DNA of 64,000 nucleotides from an uncultured Actinomycetes bacterium (GTDB lineage Bacteria > Actinomycetota > Thermoleophilia > RBG-16-64-13), in contig CAVPLM010000003.1 of assembly GCA_963706025.1 (NCBI GenBank), positions 800,001-864,000 on the forward strand, written 5' to 3'. Below the pieces are notes generated by a model. It was not told the DNA's origin. It made no database searches and saw nothing but the letters and a program-made list of their open reading frames with translations. Shown here one piece after another: positions 31,180 through 41,383 of this stretch. Numbering within the stretch: position 1 is the first letter of the stretch; every line of letters starts with the position of its first letter. The position numbers and the translations under genes were made by a program.

Positions 31180-32053
31180 ATCTACAGTACTAGAGCTTGG
31201 CGTGGTAGAAGAGGTGAGCTGGTGGCGTGAACCCCCCACGATGTTTGCGTAGCGAGCGTCACTGGTTCAAATCCACTGTGGAGCATATGGAGGCCTGGGA
31301 GTCCTCAACCGAGGACTCCTTTGGCGTCTTTCCTCGGCAGAACAGCCGTTCACCATCACGGCTGCACTAGAATGGGCCCGCGAGCGCTTTCCCAGCAGAC
31401 ATCTACGGGCGCGCTGACGTCCAGCTTGCCGGCGTCTCCTTCCCTTCTAGTTTCACGACCTCGACCACTAGCAGCCCCGTTCCGCGGACTGTTTGCAGGC
31501 AACTGTGACCTGTCAAGCCATGGGTGCTCGCGTGACCGTCGGAGGAGAGATCCTCATGCGCGATCAACTGGAGGATATTTCTGGTGGGTGTAACAAAACG
31601 GCGAACGCCGGGCTCGGGCTTGGTTGCTACTTGGTGGTTTGGCTGACCCGTGCAAAGATGAGGGGTCGGCGTATCAGTGACTGAGTCGTTACGGCGTTAG
31701 GCGTGCGTGTCGCAAGACTGCACGAGTCTGTGATACGCACGCGTCTGTTCGGTTGTCCTCTACATAAGTCAATGGTCCACGGATCTGCTGGGAGGTGGTC
31801 CGGTCCATGTGTAGCCGTTCTCGGCGCGTTAGCTGCGAAGCTTGGTTGGCGGCATGTTTCTGATTGACGGAGAGGAAAACCGAACTATACTCAAGAAGCC
31901 GGGAGCGTAGCACCGTGAGATTGAGCAGTGAGGAGAGGAGGCTATAGCCTCACCGCTCTGCGGCCCTACCTGGTGATGACACTCCTCCCGGATCGCAAGC
32001 CGATCGTCGTGCTCGAAGCTCTCGCCCTTTACGCTGGAAAAGGAGTGTAGACG

Positions 32054-32932
32054 ATGAAGGAGTCCACGACTCTGCCGAACTGGAACGACGGGCCTGTGAA
32101 GACCGCCATCCTCGAGTTCGTGCGCTCGGTGACCACGCGGGGGACCACGTTCGTCTCTCCGGCCGAGCGCATCGCCGTCTTCGACAACGACGGCACGCTC
32201 TGGTGCGAGCAGCCCATGTACATCCAGGCGGACTTTGTCTTTCGTCGCTTCAAAGAGATGGTCCGGCAGGATCCCGAGCGGGCCAGGGAGCAGCCCTACA
32301 AGGCGGTCGTGGAGGGCGACACCGAGTGGCTCAGGGACATCTACGCACACGTCCCGGAAGTGCTCAAAGGGGTGACCGAAGCGTTCGCGGGGATTACTAC
32401 CGAAGCTTTTGATGCAGCCGTACGGGAGTTCTTCGCGTCGGCCACTCACCCGACGCTCGGTGTGCCTTATACGCAGGTCGCTTACCGGCCCATGCGTGAA
32501 CTGATCGAGCTTCTGAAGGCGAACGACTTTCAGGTCTATATCTGCTCGGCAGGGGGCCGCGACTTCGTGCGCGCCGTCTGCGAGGAGGTCTACGGGCTGC
32601 CTCGAGACCACGTGATCGGATCAGCCACCACCCTGGAGTACCGGGACGGCGATCTCTACCGCACGGTCGGCGTGGAACAGCCCATCGACGATGGACCGGG
32701 GAAGGTCATCCACATCTGGGCCCGTACCGGCCGTAAGCCGCTGCTTGCCGGAGGCAACGCCGATGGCGACGCGGAGATGCTCGAGTCTGCCCGCTTCGCG
32801 CTCCTCGTGCATCACGACGACGCCAGGCGGGAGTTCGCCTACGACGCGGGCGCCGAGAGGGTGCTGGCGGAGGCCAAGGAGCGCGGTTGGACGGTGATCA
32901 GCGTGAAAGAGGACTTCGCGACGGTCTTCTGA
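32054..32932 (+). CDS. HAD-superfamily hydrolase (sulfatase-cluster acid phosphatase type)
   Basis: LPNWNDG, AVFDNDGTLWCEQP, GNADGD, HDDARREFAY. Confidence 0.88.
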   Translation: MKESTTLPNWNDGPVKTAILEFVRSVTTRGTTFVSPAERIAVFDNDGTLWCEQPMYIQADFVFRRFKEMVRQDPERAREQPYKAVVEGDTEWLRDIYAHVPEVLKGVTEAFAGITTEAFDAAVREFFASATHPTLGVPYTQVAYRPMRELIELLKANDFQVYICSAGGRDFVRAVCEEVYGLPRDHVIGSATTLEYRDGDLYRTVGVEQPIDDGPGKVIHIWARTGRKPLLAGGNADGDAEMLESARFALLVHHDDARREFAYDAGAERVLAEAKERGWTVISVKEDFATVF

Positions 32933-32975
32933 GTAATACGGGGCTCGGACACGCGACCGAAAGAGGTGATCAGGT

Positions 32976-35333
32976 ATGGCCAAACCATTCAAGGGTGTCA
33001 TCAACATCGACGTGCGCGATTCGATACCGGACTGGGCGCCGTTCGAAACGTCAAGGGCTCCCGACGGCGCCCCCAACGTCGTTTGCATCGTACTCGACGA
33101 CGTCGGCTTCTCGGCGATGAGCTGTTATGGAGGGGCGATTGAGACGCCCAACATCGACAGGATCGCGGCCGAGGGCCTTCGGTACACGCAGTGGCACACC
33201 ACGGCGCTCTGCTCGCCCACCCGCTCGTGCCTACTCACCGGCCGCAACCACAGCCGCAACAGTATGGCCTGCATCACCGAGGGCGCCATCGGCTTCCCGA
33301 ACGCCAGTGGCACTATTCCCCCCGAGAACGGCATGCTCTCCGAGATCCTCGGCGAGATGGGCTGGAACACCTACATGGTCGGCAAGTGGCACCTGTGCCC
33401 GACGCATGAGATGAACCTGGCCGCGTCGCGGCGCAACTGGCCGAGCGGCCGCGGCTTCGAACGCTGGTATGGGTTCCTGGGGGCAGAGACCAACCAGTGG
33501 TATCCCGACCTCGTCTACGACAACCACCCGGTGGACCAGCCGAAGTCGCCGGAGGAGGGCTATCACCTCACCGAAGACATCACGGACAAGGCGCTCGAGT
33601 TCATCAGGGACGCCAAGTGTATAGCGCCCGAGAAGCCGTTCTTCCTCTACTATGCGCCGGGTGCCTGCCACGCGCCGCACCACGCGCCGAACGAGTGGAT
33701 CGAGAAGTTCAAGGGGCGCTTTGACGCGGGTTACGAGGCGATGCGCCACGAGACGCTGGCCCGGCAGAAGCAGATGGGCCTGGTCCCGCCCGACACCGGG
33801 CTGCCACCGGTGAACCCTATCGGCACCCCGGCCACGCTGAAGGGGCCGAAGGGGCAGCCCCTCGTGCCCTACGACGAGACCAAGCCGTGGGACACGCTGT
33901 CGGATGGCGAAAAGCGGCTCTTCTCGCGGATGGCTGAGGTCTACGCCGGCTTCCTGGCCCACACCGACTACCACATCGGGAGACTACTCGACTACTTGGA
34001 AGAGACCGAGCTACGCGAGAACACGATCGTGATCGTGGTCTCCGACAACGGTGCCAGCGGCGAGGGCGGTCCCGTCGGATCGGTGAACGAGTGCCTGCTC
34101 TTCAATGGCATGCCCGACAATCTCGAGGTCAACCTGGCGATGCTGGACGAGTTGGGCGGCACCAGGACCTACGGCCACTACCCCAACGGCTGGGCGATGG
34201 CCTTCAACACGCCGTTCAAGTTGTGGAAGCGCTACAACTTCAATGGAGGCACGGCCGACCCTTGCATCATCTCGTGGCCGGCCGGGATGAGGGCGAGGGG
34301 CGAGATTAGGGACCAGTACCATCACGCGATCGACATCGTGCCGACGGTGCTCGACTGCCTCGGCATCGAAGCTCCGGAGACCATCAAGGGCCACGTACAA
34401 AGCCACTTCGACGGCGTCAGCATGCGGCATAGCTTCGACGATGCCGCTGCCGAGGGGGCGCGCAAGACCCAGTTCTACTCGATGCTGGGTCAGCGGGCTA
34501 TCTGGCACGAGGGCTGGAAGGCAGTTACGACCCATCCGCCGCTTAGTGGCTGGAGTGAGTTCAACGCGGACAACTGGGAGCTCTACCACACTGACGTCGA
34601 CCGCGCCGAACTGAACAACCTCGCTGCCGAGATGCCCGACAAGGTGCGCGAGCTCGTAAACCTTTGGTTCGCCGAGGCCGGCCGGAACGGCGCATTCCCG
34701 CTCGACGACCGCGTCTTGCTCGAGGTCGCGCTCACGGAGCGGCCGCAGCTCTCGGCACCCCGCGAGAAGTACGTGTACTATCCGGACACCGCCGAGGTCC
34801 CCGAGAAGCAGTCCGTCAACATCCGTAACCGATCCTACTCTCTCGGCGCGCTTGTCGACATCCCGGCGCCAGGTGCGCAAGGAGTGCTGTTCGCCCACGG
34901 CGCGCGTTTTGGCGGACACTCCCTTTACGTCAAGGACAACCGCCTGCACTACGTCTACAGCTTCGTCGGGGTGATGGAACAGAAGATCGACGCTACCGAG
35001 GACATCCCCACTGGCGAGAACCTTGTCCTGGCGGCCTCTTTCGAGAAGGACGGCGAGGATCCGCCCGGCGTCGCTACCGGCATCCTGTCGCTGTACCACG
35101 GCGACAAGAAGGTGGGTGAGGGGCGGATCAAGACCCAGCCCGGGGAGTTCTCGATCGCGGGCGAAGGGCTCTGCGTCGGGCGGGACAGCGGCTGCCCCGT
35201 CACCGGCGACTACCCCGGCGAGCACCCATACCGGTTTACCGGCGGAGTGATCAAGCAAGTGAGAGTCAACGTTAGCGGCAAGCCCTACCTCAACCTGGAG
35301 CGCGAGGCCGTGGCCATGATGATGCGCGAGTGA
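32976..35333 (+). CDS. Arylsulfatase (Cys-type, long form)
   Basis: LDDVGF, CSPTR formylglycine motif, GKWH, SDNGASGEG. Confidence 0.93.
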   Translation: MAKPFKGVINIDVRDSIPDWAPFETSRAPDGAPNVVCIVLDDVGFSAMSCYGGAIETPNIDRIAAEGLRYTQWHTTALCSPTRSCLLTGRNHSRNSMACITEGAIGFPNASGTIPPENGMLSEILGEMGWNTYMVGKWHLCPTHEMNLAASRRNWPSGRGFERWYGFLGAETNQWYPDLVYDNHPVDQPKSPEEGYHLTEDITDKALEFIRDAKCIAPEKPFFLYYAPGACHAPHHAPNEWIEKFKGRFDAGYEAMRHETLARQKQMGLVPPDTGLPPVNPIGTPATLKGPKGQPLVPYDETKPWDTLSDGEKRLFSRMAEVYAGFLAHTDYHIGRLLDYLEETELRENTIVIVVSDNGASGEGGPVGSVNECLLFNGMPDNLEVNLAMLDELGGTRTYGHYPNGWAMAFNTPFKLWKRYNFNGGTADPCIISWPAGMRARGEIRDQYHHAIDIVPTVLDCLGIEAPETIKGHVQSHFDGVSMRHSFDDAAAEGARKTQFYSMLGQRAIWHEGWKAVTTHPPLSGWSEFNADNWELYHTDVDRAELNNLAAEMPDKVRELVNLWFAEAGRNGAFPLDDRVLLEVALTERPQLSAPREKYVYYPDTAEVPEKQSVNIRNRSYSLGALVDIPAPGAQGVLFAHGARFGGHSLYVKDNRLHYVYSFVGVMEQKIDATEDIPTGENLVLAASFEKDGEDPPGVATGILSLYHGDKKVGEGRIKTQPGEFSIAGEGLCVGRDSGCPVTGDYPGEHPYRFTGGVIKQVRVNVSGKPYLNLEREAVAMMMRE

Positions 35334-35447
35334 ACCCCCGCGAGAAACTGCATTGCCTCGTTGGTTTCCTCGTAGGAATGCCAAAGCGACAAAACGCGAG
35401 GGCGCCATGAGGCTGCAGCGACTGCCGCACTGTGCCGTGGGTGAGGC

Positions 35448-35636
35448 TATGCGCACATAGGCGTGTCGGAGCTCACGAAAGAATACCCTTACTGGGCACA
35501 CATCACGGGTGACACCCGGACGGCTATTTTCGAGGTGGGCGACGCGGTTATCCACGACCGGGGCCGTTTGAGCGTTCTGGACCACTTCGCGGTGAGAGCG
35601 CTCGCGGACGAGTATCCCGGACGGCCGCGGGTGTGA
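35448..35636 (+). pseudogene. C-terminal remnant of the aminopeptidase-T/NicX-like family found at 42870-44046
   Basis: YAHIGVSELTKEYPYWAHITGDTRTAIFEVGD…HDRGRL..LD…YPGRP aligns by eye with HVHIGAPDWTPSYKYWMHCTGDLRTASLRVGD…DKGHL..LD…YPDRP. Confidence 0.75.
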
Positions 35637-35649
35637 GCAGCGAGCGGAG

Positions 35650-37446
35650 ATGCTTGGAGCGATGGACGACGGGGCGAAGACCAGCGTTGGGCAGACGGGG
35701 CGGACGGATGGCCGCAGATCGCAGCGCGCACCAACCGGCCGCATAGCCCGCTACATCCCCATCGTCTCCTGGTTGACGGGCTACGATCGCTCGTGGCTGG
35801 GTGCGGACGTCGTCGCCGGGCTGACGCTCTGGGGCCTGCTGGCGCCCGAAACCATGGCGTATGCGGGCATCGCTGGGCTGCCGCCGCAGGCAGGGCTGTA
35901 CACGCTGCTCGGATCTCTCTTCGTCTACGCGCTATTCGGCACCTCACGCCACCTGTCGGTCGGTCCCACTTCGGCCACGGCCGCGCTCATCGCGTCGACC
36001 GTGGCCGCCTTCGGTGTTCTGGCGAGCGACACCGGAGTCTACCAGTCGTACGCGGTGATGCTCGTGCTGCTGGTGGGGGTGGGTTTCGGCATCGCCGGTC
36101 TCGCGCGCCTGGGGTTCATCACGCAGTTCCTCTCCAAACCGGTGATGGACGGCTTCGTGACCGGCCTGGCCCTCTTTGTCGCCATCGGGCAGCTGAACAA
36201 GGTCTTCGGCGTGGAGAAGGGCACCGGTAACAGCTTTCAGAAGCTCTTCCACGTACTCGGGAGTCTGCCCGAGGCCAACTGGACCACCTTTCTGGTGGGG
36301 GCTTCCGCCTTGGCTCTGCTCTTTCTATTGCCCCGTCTGAGCCGGCGTATCCCGGCCGGTCTTGTCGTGCTCTTCCTTTACATCCTCGTGAGCTACGTGC
36401 TCGATCTGAGTGGGCGCTACGACGTCGAGGTGATAGGCGAATTGCCGCAGGGATTCCCCTCCTTCGTCCTGCCCGACGTGCCGGCCACCACCATCTTGGC
36501 GATGGTGCTCCCGGCTTTCGGCATTGTCCTCGTGGCCTACAGCGAGGCGATCGGGGTCGCCCGGGAGTTCTCCGAGAAGCACGGCTACAAGATCGACCCC
36601 GACCAGGAGCTGCGTGCTCACGGTGTCACCAATATCGTGAGCGGCTTCCTCGGTGGAATGATCGCCGCAGGCGGGATGTCCGGATCAGCGGTCAAGGAGG
36701 GGGCCGGCGGCCGCAGCCAGGTGTCCAACCTGGTGGCCTGGGTCGCCATCATCGTCACCGTTCTCGTGCTGACTCCTCTCTTCAAAACCCTGCCCGAGGC
36801 CGTGCTCGCAGCTCTCATCATCCACGCGCTGTGGCACATCATCGTGGCCCGCAAGCTGAAGCGCATACGGCTGGAGTCGCGCATCGAGTTCCTGCTCGGC
36901 GTCCTCACCTTGTTCGGCGTGCTGCTCACAGACGTCCTCGAGGGCATGATGATGGGCCTGCTGGCCTCGCTCGTCTGGTTCATCTATCGTTCGACCCGGC
37001 CGCATCTGGCTTCCCTGGGCCGGGCTCCCGGCCAGAAGGATGTGTTCACCGACATCACCCGGCACCCTGGCAGCATCCCCGTCCCGGGCCTGTTGATAGT
37101 GCGCTTCAACAGCCCGCTGTTCTATGCCAACGTCGAGACCATGCGCGACCGCGTCATGCTCCTGCTGGACGAGACGGACCCCCCGCCTCGGGCTGTGCTC
37201 TTCGACGCCGTAGCGCAGGACGCGCTCGATGTGACCAGCGCCGACGTCCTCAGGAAGCTCTTTGAGGAGCTTCGGCGGCGCGGCCTGGAGATCTACGTGG
37301 CAGAAGTCCACGCCCCGGTGCTCGACTTCGCCCGCCGGGCCGGTCTCATGGACGTGATTGCCGAGGATCACATGTTCCGCACTCTGCCTGCTGCTGTTGA
37401 GGCCTTCGAGGAGGCCTCGAGCGCTTCGGGCGGGGCCTCCTCGTAG
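35650..37446 (+). CDS. SulP/SLC26 anion permease with STAS domain
   Basis: DVVAGLT…PETMAYA.IAGLPP..GLY, GTSRHL.VGP, FYAN STAS. Confidence 0.92.
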   Translation: MLGAMDDGAKTSVGQTGRTDGRRSQRAPTGRIARYIPIVSWLTGYDRSWLGADVVAGLTLWGLLAPETMAYAGIAGLPPQAGLYTLLGSLFVYALFGTSRHLSVGPTSATAALIASTVAAFGVLASDTGVYQSYAVMLVLLVGVGFGIAGLARLGFITQFLSKPVMDGFVTGLALFVAIGQLNKVFGVEKGTGNSFQKLFHVLGSLPEANWTTFLVGASALALLFLLPRLSRRIPAGLVVLFLYILVSYVLDLSGRYDVEVIGELPQGFPSFVLPDVPATTILAMVLPAFGIVLVAYSEAIGVAREFSEKHGYKIDPDQELRAHGVTNIVSGFLGGMIAAGGMSGSAVKEGAGGRSQVSNLVAWVAIIVTVLVLTPLFKTLPEAVLAALIIHALWHIIVARKLKRIRLESRIEFLLGVLTLFGVLLTDVLEGMMMGLLASLVWFIYRSTRPHLASLGRAPGQKDVFTDITRHPGSIPVPGLLIVRFNSPLFYANVETMRDRVMLLLDETDPPPRAVLFDAVAQDALDVTSADVLRKLFEELRRRGLEIYVAEVHAPVLDFARRAGLMDVIAEDHMFRTLPAAVEAFEEASSASGGASS

Positions 37447-37465
37447 GATCGCGGCAAAGGGCGCT

Positions 37466-37534
37466 CCACTGCCGCATCATCGCGACCCTGAGGCGCTCCT
37501 CCGGGTTGATCAGGTGATCATGATCGTTGGCGCC
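37466..37534 (-). pseudogene. Tiny C-terminal remnant of a second arylsulfatase
   Basis: Reads GANDHDHLINPEERLRVAMMRQ, a C-terminus typical of long arylsulfatases; the expected stop position reads TGG. Confidence 0.5.
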
Positions 37535-37689
37535 TCACCTCGATTGTACCTGCCTCGCTCTCGTTGCATACTATGCGAAGCTGTCGGCGCGCGCCTGTGC
37601 CTCCACGCCTCGTGCCCGCAGATCGCGCCGGCGTTCGTGCCAAGCTGCGCGGAGCGCAGAGGAGCCGGTAGAGGGCCATTCAGAGCGAA

Positions 37690-39760
37690 ATGGAGCGACT
37701 CGTGAAGATACTGGAGCCGATCAGCATCGGCACACTGCAGCTCAAGAACAGGATCATGGTGCCGCCGCACGCGGTGGTCTACGCTGGGCCGGCTGGAGAG
37801 GTGACGCAGCGGCAGATCGACTACGTGGTCGAACGAGCCAAAGCCGGCGCCGCGATCGTCTCCACCGAGGACACCTCCGTCGCTCCCGGCTACGGCATGT
37901 GGGGCACGCAGGCCCAACGCATCGACAGCGACGACCGTATACCCATGTATCGGGAACTCACCGATGCCGTGCGGGCCGCCGGTGCAAAGTCGACCATTCA
38001 GCTCAACGTGGCGCTCTGGGGCGCCATACGAGACACACTCGGCGGCAAACAGCCGGTCTCTGCCTCGGAGATCCCGTGGCAGGAGCCCGGGGTTGTGACC
38101 CGGGCCCTGGAGGTCGAGGAGATCGAGGGACTGGTGGAGGCGTTTGCCGAGGGGGCGCGACGCGCGCGCGAGGCCGGGTTTGACGCCATCCACATCCTCG
38201 GCGCCGAGGGCTACGGGATAAACCAATTCCTCTCGCCTCACTACAATCATCGTACAGACGCCTACGGGGGCACGCCTGAGAAGCGCGCTCGCTTCGCCCT
38301 GGAGATCGTCCGGGCCATCAAGGCCAAGCTAGGCGCCGACTTCCCCATCATCTGGGATCTCAACTGCAACGAGTTCCTCGAGGACGGTCTTACCTTTGCC
38401 GAGGCCCAGATGCAGGCGCAGATGCTGGAGGAGGCGGGCGTCGATGCGTTCCGCATCCAGCGGGGCAACTTCAACCGCTACGACGCCATCATCCCCCCGT
38501 GGAACTTCGCACCCGGAGAGTTCGTGCCGCTGGCGGCAGGTATCAAGAAGGTCGTGAAGCACGCCAAGGTGGAAACCGAGGGCAGGATCACCGATCCCGC
38601 CATGGCTGAGGAGATCCTCGAGCGGGGCGACGCCGACATCATCGGCCTGGTGCGGGCCTTCATGGCCGATCCCGAATGGCTACACAAGGCCGTCGCGGGT
38701 CGCACCAAGGAGATCCGCCAGTGCATCGCCTGTGTGCGCTGCATCGACAACTGCATGTTGGAGAAGCCTGTCGAGTGTGCCGTCAACCCGCGCGTCGGCC
38801 ATGAGGGCGAAGAGGAGTACGACATCCGCCCAGCAGCCAGGCGTAGGAAGGTCATGGTGATCGGCGGCGGGCCGGGCGGCATGGAGGCTGCCAAGACGGC
38901 TGCGCTCCGCGGACACGAGGTGTCGCTCTACGAGAAGGGCCCTTCGCTGGGCGGACTGATGTCGATCGGTGCCGTCATCTCCGAGGAGTTCGACAAGTAC
39001 CTGCAGTACGCGCAAGACGACCTTAGGCGGGCGGGCGTCAGCATCAAGACAAAACGGGAGGTGACCCCGGCCCTGCTTGAGAGCATCAAACCCGACGTCA
39101 TCATCCTCGCCTCAGGTGCGGAGGTACGGCCTCTGAAGGTCGAGGGGATCGACGGACCGAACGTCCTCAGCTCGGCACTCATGCAGCCACACGGTGACGG
39201 CGAAGCGAAGAAGAAGACAGTCAACGTGCGTTCCGTTATTTGGGCCGCCGGCGCCAAGATCGCCAAATCCCTCGACGCCGGTACTGTGCGGCGTGCCCTG
39301 GCGATGGACGCGACCACGGGCAAGAACATCGTCGTCCTGGGCGACGAACTGGCCGGCTATGAGATGGCTCACTTCTTCCACAAGGCCGGCAAGAAGGTGA
39401 CACTGGTCAAGGTTCCCGAGGCGCTCGTGGATGGGGTTATGCTCCCACTCCTCTTCTTCCTACGTTGGGATGGCGGGAACCTCCCCCTCGACTTCGCGAG
39501 CAAGGGCATCGAGATCGTGACCGACGTCGCCGACCTGGTGGTCGAGGCCAAGGGTGTGCGTGATCAAGGCCGAAGACGGGAGCGAGCGTTTCCTCGAGGC
39601 CGACACCGTGGTCATGACCTCCGGCTCGGTGCCGCGCACCGAGCTCAGGGAGCGGCTGAGCGGCCTCGGGGGAGAGGTGCATGTCGTGGGTGACGCCAAT
39701 GCTCCGCGCGGCGTTCTCGAAGCCGTACATGAAGCAAACGCCGTTGCTCGTGCTATCTAG
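37690..39760 (+). CDS. NADH:flavin oxidoreductase (OYE barrel + 4Fe-4S + FAD; 2,4-dienoyl-CoA reductase/BaiH-like); frameshift near 39555
   Basis: LKNRI, AGFDAI, NHRTDAYGG, CIACVRC…C, IGGGPGG; C-terminal ADTVV…VVGDA in the shifted frame. Confidence 0.88.
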
Positions 39761-39859
39761 GTCATGTGTCTCAGATCCAGGCACGGCCCTGGTCTGCGCT
39801 GGGAGTCATGGGTCCGCGTCTGATCTACCTCTCAGCCAACTGGGTCGACTACCAGCCTT

Positions 39860-40708
39860 CTAGTGTTTGAGTTGATAGGTGATGGTCACGTTGACGTAGA
39901 TGTCCAAGTTCTGAGGGCTAATCGGCGGGGCAGCTACCGGGGCGCCGGCCGTGGTCGTAGTCTCTGTGGTTCCTCTCCCGTAGTAGTAGACGGGGGACGA
40001 GTAGCCCTCGGTAAGGACGAGCACGTCGCCCAGGGCTACGCCATTGGCGGCGGCAAACGCCTCGGCTTTGGCGTGGGCTTGGGCGGAGGCTTGGGCGAGC
40101 GCCTGGGTCTGGGCTTCGGTGTTATCGGAGAGCTGCCAGGTAGGGCCGTAGAGGTTGTTGGCCCCTGCCTCGGTCGCGGCCGCGAATACGCTTCCGATGG
40201 CGCTGAAGTCAGTCAGGGTGACCTCCACCGAGTTGGAGGCCTGGAAGCCGACGACGGTCGGCTGGCCGGTCTTCTGGTCATAGACGGTGTTGGGGTAGAC
40301 ACTGACGTTGGTGGTCTCGATGGCCGAGTCCGGTATCCCCTCTGCCTTGAGGCGAGCAAGGACGTCCTGCATCTTCTTGGAGTTGGCATCGAGAGCCGCT
40401 GCTGCCGTAGCCGCGCTTTCTTGAACACCTATGGTGATGACGGCCTGGTCGGGAAGAGCGCTCATGTGACCGGTTCCGGAAACGGTGATGGTGTGAAGAA
40501 GAGGACTCTGCGCCTCTGCTGCGGCGACGGTCGTCGCGGTCGAGATCGGCGTTTGCGTTGACCCGGTCGTCGTGGTGGTCGAGCTTCCCGGCGTTGTTGA
40601 CTCGGTTGAATCCGAGGTGCAGGCGGCGGCGCCGAGGATCAACAGCGCAAGCGCCAACACGACACCGCCCGCGAGCGCCGACCTTTTCCTCACCCTAGTG
40701 AATGGCAC
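39860..40708 (-). CDS. SIMPL (DUF541) domain lipoprotein
   Basis: AAAC lipobox, Thr-rich linker, TITVSGTG…PDQA, A..KAEAFA. Confidence 0.88.
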   Translation of the reverse strand: MPFTRVRKRSALAGGVVLALALLILGAAACTSDSTESTTPGSSTTTTTGSTQTPISTATTVAAAEAQSPLLHTITVSGTGHMSALPDQAVITIGVQESAATAAAALDANSKKMQDVLARLKAEGIPDSAIETTNVSVYPNTVYDQKTGQPTVVGFQASNSVEVTLTDFSAIGSVFAAATEAGANNLYGPTWQLSDNTEAQTQALAQASAQAHAKAEAFAAANGVALGDVLVLTEGYSSPVYYYGRGTTETTTTAGAPVAAPPISPQNLDIYVNVTITYQLKH

Positions 40709-40900
40709 GGTGCCCCCCTTTCCCGCGAAGCCGCAGCCGCTTCCCGCGGTCTGCCGGCAAATCTGCGTGCCCCCAGAGAGCTCTCACTCAGGTTCGACCG
40801 CTGTCATCCCGAGGTCGTTCCCAACAGCACCAGACCATGTTACTCCTCGCCCGGAGGTCACCATGTGTGCGTAGTGTCTGCTCCGGCCGCCCGGGGTGCC

Positions 40901-40973
40901 CGAGGAGTCCCCGGCGAGGTACGATTGGGTCTAGGTCTGGATGTAGCTCCAACCGCGAGTGACTCGACTCTCC
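40901..40973 (+). repeat. 73-bp direct repeat, copy 1 (IS-end or att-like)
   Basis: 72/73 identical to 62577-62649. Confidence 0.9.
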
Positions 40974-40984
40974 CGGCCCACCCG

Positions 40985-41060
40985 TGCGCCTGAGCTCCCG
41001 GTTCTCGCGCTCCAACTCTTTCGGCCGCTCCCGCTCACTGGTCGCGAGACCGGGACGGTG
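40985..41060 (-). mobile_element. IS3-family transposase OrfA fragment
   Basis: RPGLATSERERPKELERENRELRR, the characteristic IS3 OrfA coiled coil. Confidence 0.75.
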
Positions 41061-41252
41061 GGCCACCCGAGAGGCGATGCCGGATTGGATCCAGCCGATA
41101 GCGTCCTGGTCAACCATGTTGTCTCCTCCGTAGCGGCCGTCAACATGGGCAAGAAGCAGGATCTCTTGCCCCGCTTCAACGCGTACGCAATTGTCCAAGA
41201 AATCGCTGATGGTTATTGCCGCCACCCTAGGAATACCAGGTGCCGCGCCCGT
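41061..41252 (-). pseudogene. Truncated 5' paralogue of the gene at 42870-44046
   Basis: DFLDNCVRVEAGQEIL…HVDG.YGGDN.VDQDA.GWIQS near-identical; start codon reads ACG; joined to the IS3 fragment. Confidence 0.8.
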
Positions 41253-41383
41253 ATTCGGTGTCCTTCCTGCACTCGCGTAACCCGTGGGTACACCTAGCCG
41301 ACCAGAGAGTCCAAGGCTTTGGTCTGCTCGCTATGGAAATCGGCCACAGCGCCCCCCTGTTCGCCCCTCCTGCGAAGGCTCCT

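Noticed and set aside
40788-41225. 145-aa ORF as a genuine gene
   Set aside because: It is a chimera of a truncated paralogue, an IS3 OrfA fragment and the non-coding repeat
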